A program made the position numbers and the translations under genes. Positions 62,051 through 64,000 of a stretch of 64,000 nt of DNA are shown here, piece after piece. This stretch comes from Camelus ferus. Taxonomy: Eukaryota. A model generated the notes under the pieces. It had not been told where the DNA came from, made no database searches, and worked only from the letters and a program-made list of their open reading frames with translations. The stretch covers positions 102,116,001-102,180,000 of the forward strand of contig NC_045696.1 in assembly GCF_009834535.1 (NCBI RefSeq), in the 5' to 3' direction. Every line of letters begins with the position of its first letter. Position 1 is the first letter of the stretch.

Positions 62051-64000
62051 GTTAATTCAGCCTGAGATCCTATTATTCTGGAGGCAGCCATGGTATACTA
62101 ACTCATACTTCTCACAGAATTCTTGTCTTTTTCTTTCTTGTGCCAGACCTCAAAATGACAAAATGATCTTTGTCCAGGATTTGGGAAATCACTCTTTGGT
62201 ATGAATTTGGATTCTCAGGGAGCAGTCATTAACTAAACAGTCCTCCAGAAGCCGAAAGAGTTAATTGATGTACCTCCCCAAACACAGCTCTTAACCCTGC
62301 AGGGTTGTTGGCCCTTGGAAAGGTGAAATCCTATGGTTCTAACTCAAGCTCAGCGAACTTCTGGCCAGCTCCTCTTATTATTAAAAGGCAGCTCTTCTAA
62401 ACTCCCAGGGTGCCTGGAATGCCCCCAGTTCCTCAAGTCATTATGTTTCACAGCAGGTTCTCTTGAAAGAGCTTCATCGGCCTTTGGCAGAACATAAGCC
62501 AGAATAATGGGCAAGCAGATGCCAGAATGAATTCCAATGTGTACACACAATTCTTGGCCCCGTAAAAATCAATTCGTTATTCATAATTAAGCAACTTCTT
62601 GAGAAAGGGAAGGTTGATACAGTTATTAAAAGATAAATAATAAATAAAGATCTACTTGTTTCTCTTTTTTTGGAGGGAGGATAAAAAATTTTAAACACAA
62701 AATAGCACTGTAATTAGTTTTTCTTCTACTTTGTTTCTTACCTGTGACACTTAGGGCCAGCCAAACAGAGCAGCTTTTACAAATTTCCATCACCCCTTTG
62801 TGTTGTGTTTCTCCTTAAAATGCATCCTTCAGAGCAGAATGGCAAGGCAGCTCCCGATAGTTGGGGAGAAAAGAAACTAGAAGCACCTGAACATAAAGGT
62901 CAAAAGGTGTAGCATCCTGTAATGTGAGTCTTTTCTGGTTTTCCAAATTGAGTTTAGGGAGCAGAGCTGAAAACATAAGTTGCTAAATGCCTTAGTACTA
63001 AAAGGAGCCTCTGGGCTGCCCAGCAGTTAGGACCACACACCTCCCAACAGGCTTAATTGGCAACAGAATTAGCCTCATTACCTCCCATTTCTACCTCATC
63101 AACCTGGTCTCAAATCAGTATATAAAAGGGATAGGAAAGAAAGGGGGTCCTCCTTGGAGAGAGTGCAGGTTGAAATGTGAAGCTATTACCCCTCCCCATG
63201 AAAGAGATTCCTCTCCCCTAAGTCAAGTGGAAGGAACCCCCTGGAATCATCCAGATAGACTGGAACTGTCTGCGAGAAAAGGGCTTCCAGCTCATCCCCC
63301 ATGGAGGGAACTGCAGGGGGGCTGAGGTCCTCCCAAAACAGAGCAGAGAAGGGAACTCTTGTGTGTGGCTTCTTGGAATAGGAGAGCACGAGAACACAAG
63401 GGTTGGCCTAGAGATTTCTGAAAGGAATCAGCAGGAGCCTTCTGTGTCAGCAGGACCTGAACGCTCCCTGGTTTGCTGTGTTTGGGGAGCGATCAAGAGA
63501 GAGGTGAGAGCCACTGACCTGCCCAAGTGGCCCCTGATCCAAACCAAAGAAAAGGGCTGGGGATGTGTATAGCTGGCAGGGCAGATGGAAAATTGAGTGG
63601 CTCCAGAGAGGGGACTCTCAAAAAAATAGAGGTGCCACCATGTCAGCAGAGGCATCCAAGAGAAGAATCAAGCAGGAACAAGAGTGAGGCCAGGGGCCCC
63701 TGACCACTATGGACAAGCAGTGGGCCACCTAAGATGGAGAGCTTGGCTCCCATCCATCCTTCATGCCTCCATCACCAGGGGGTGCTGGTACCCAGGAAGG
63801 TGGTGGAAGGTACCTCTTCTGCCTCTCCTTCGTTCTAAATCATCCTGCCTGCTGCTCTAGAATATTCTGCAGGGAGAAGAATACTGCTTTGATGATTTAG
63901 GTTTTAAGCTGGACAGCACTAAGTTTTAAAAACTGAAAGGAATTGGATAATGGAATTTGACCAAGACATCATTAATTAAACTATACACCCAGCACAAAGA

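Noticed and set aside
63370..63800. Purine- and GC-richer segment, possibly an old LTR or exon
   Set aside because: I could not assign a family, reading frame or splice sites with confidence.
6762..64000. Next SLC9A9 coding exon (expected to read like SISIYSPKENPNAF...)
   Set aside because: Not found by eye. It probably lies beyond the window, consistent with the very long introns of SLC9A9; a TBLASTN search would confirm.

Overview
Mammalian genomic DNA, AT-rich, CpG-poor and dense in repeats. Vic-1-like tRNA-derived SINEs point to a camelid (inferred from repeat recognition, not searched). The only supported coding feature is one 106-nt internal exon (6650-6755, + strand) of SLC9A9/NHE9, which encodes the conserved FGESVLND ion-binding segment. 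The rest looks like the two flanking introns, filled with L1/HAL1, L2, CR1/L3, MIR, MLT1 LTRs, hAT-Charlie and Tigger DNA transposons and microsatellites. I found no prokaryotic-type system, CRISPR array or new gene. The best observation is a young 5'-truncated L1 (20377-21694) with two A-tails that flank a 54-nt ERV-L pol-like segment, all inside one target-site duplication, which suggests a 3' transduction. Other observations are nested insertions, two snap-back-like repair scars, candidate intronic enhancers and a possible poison exon. Repeat subfamily names come from my recall of consensus sequences, and old-repeat boundaries are approximate.
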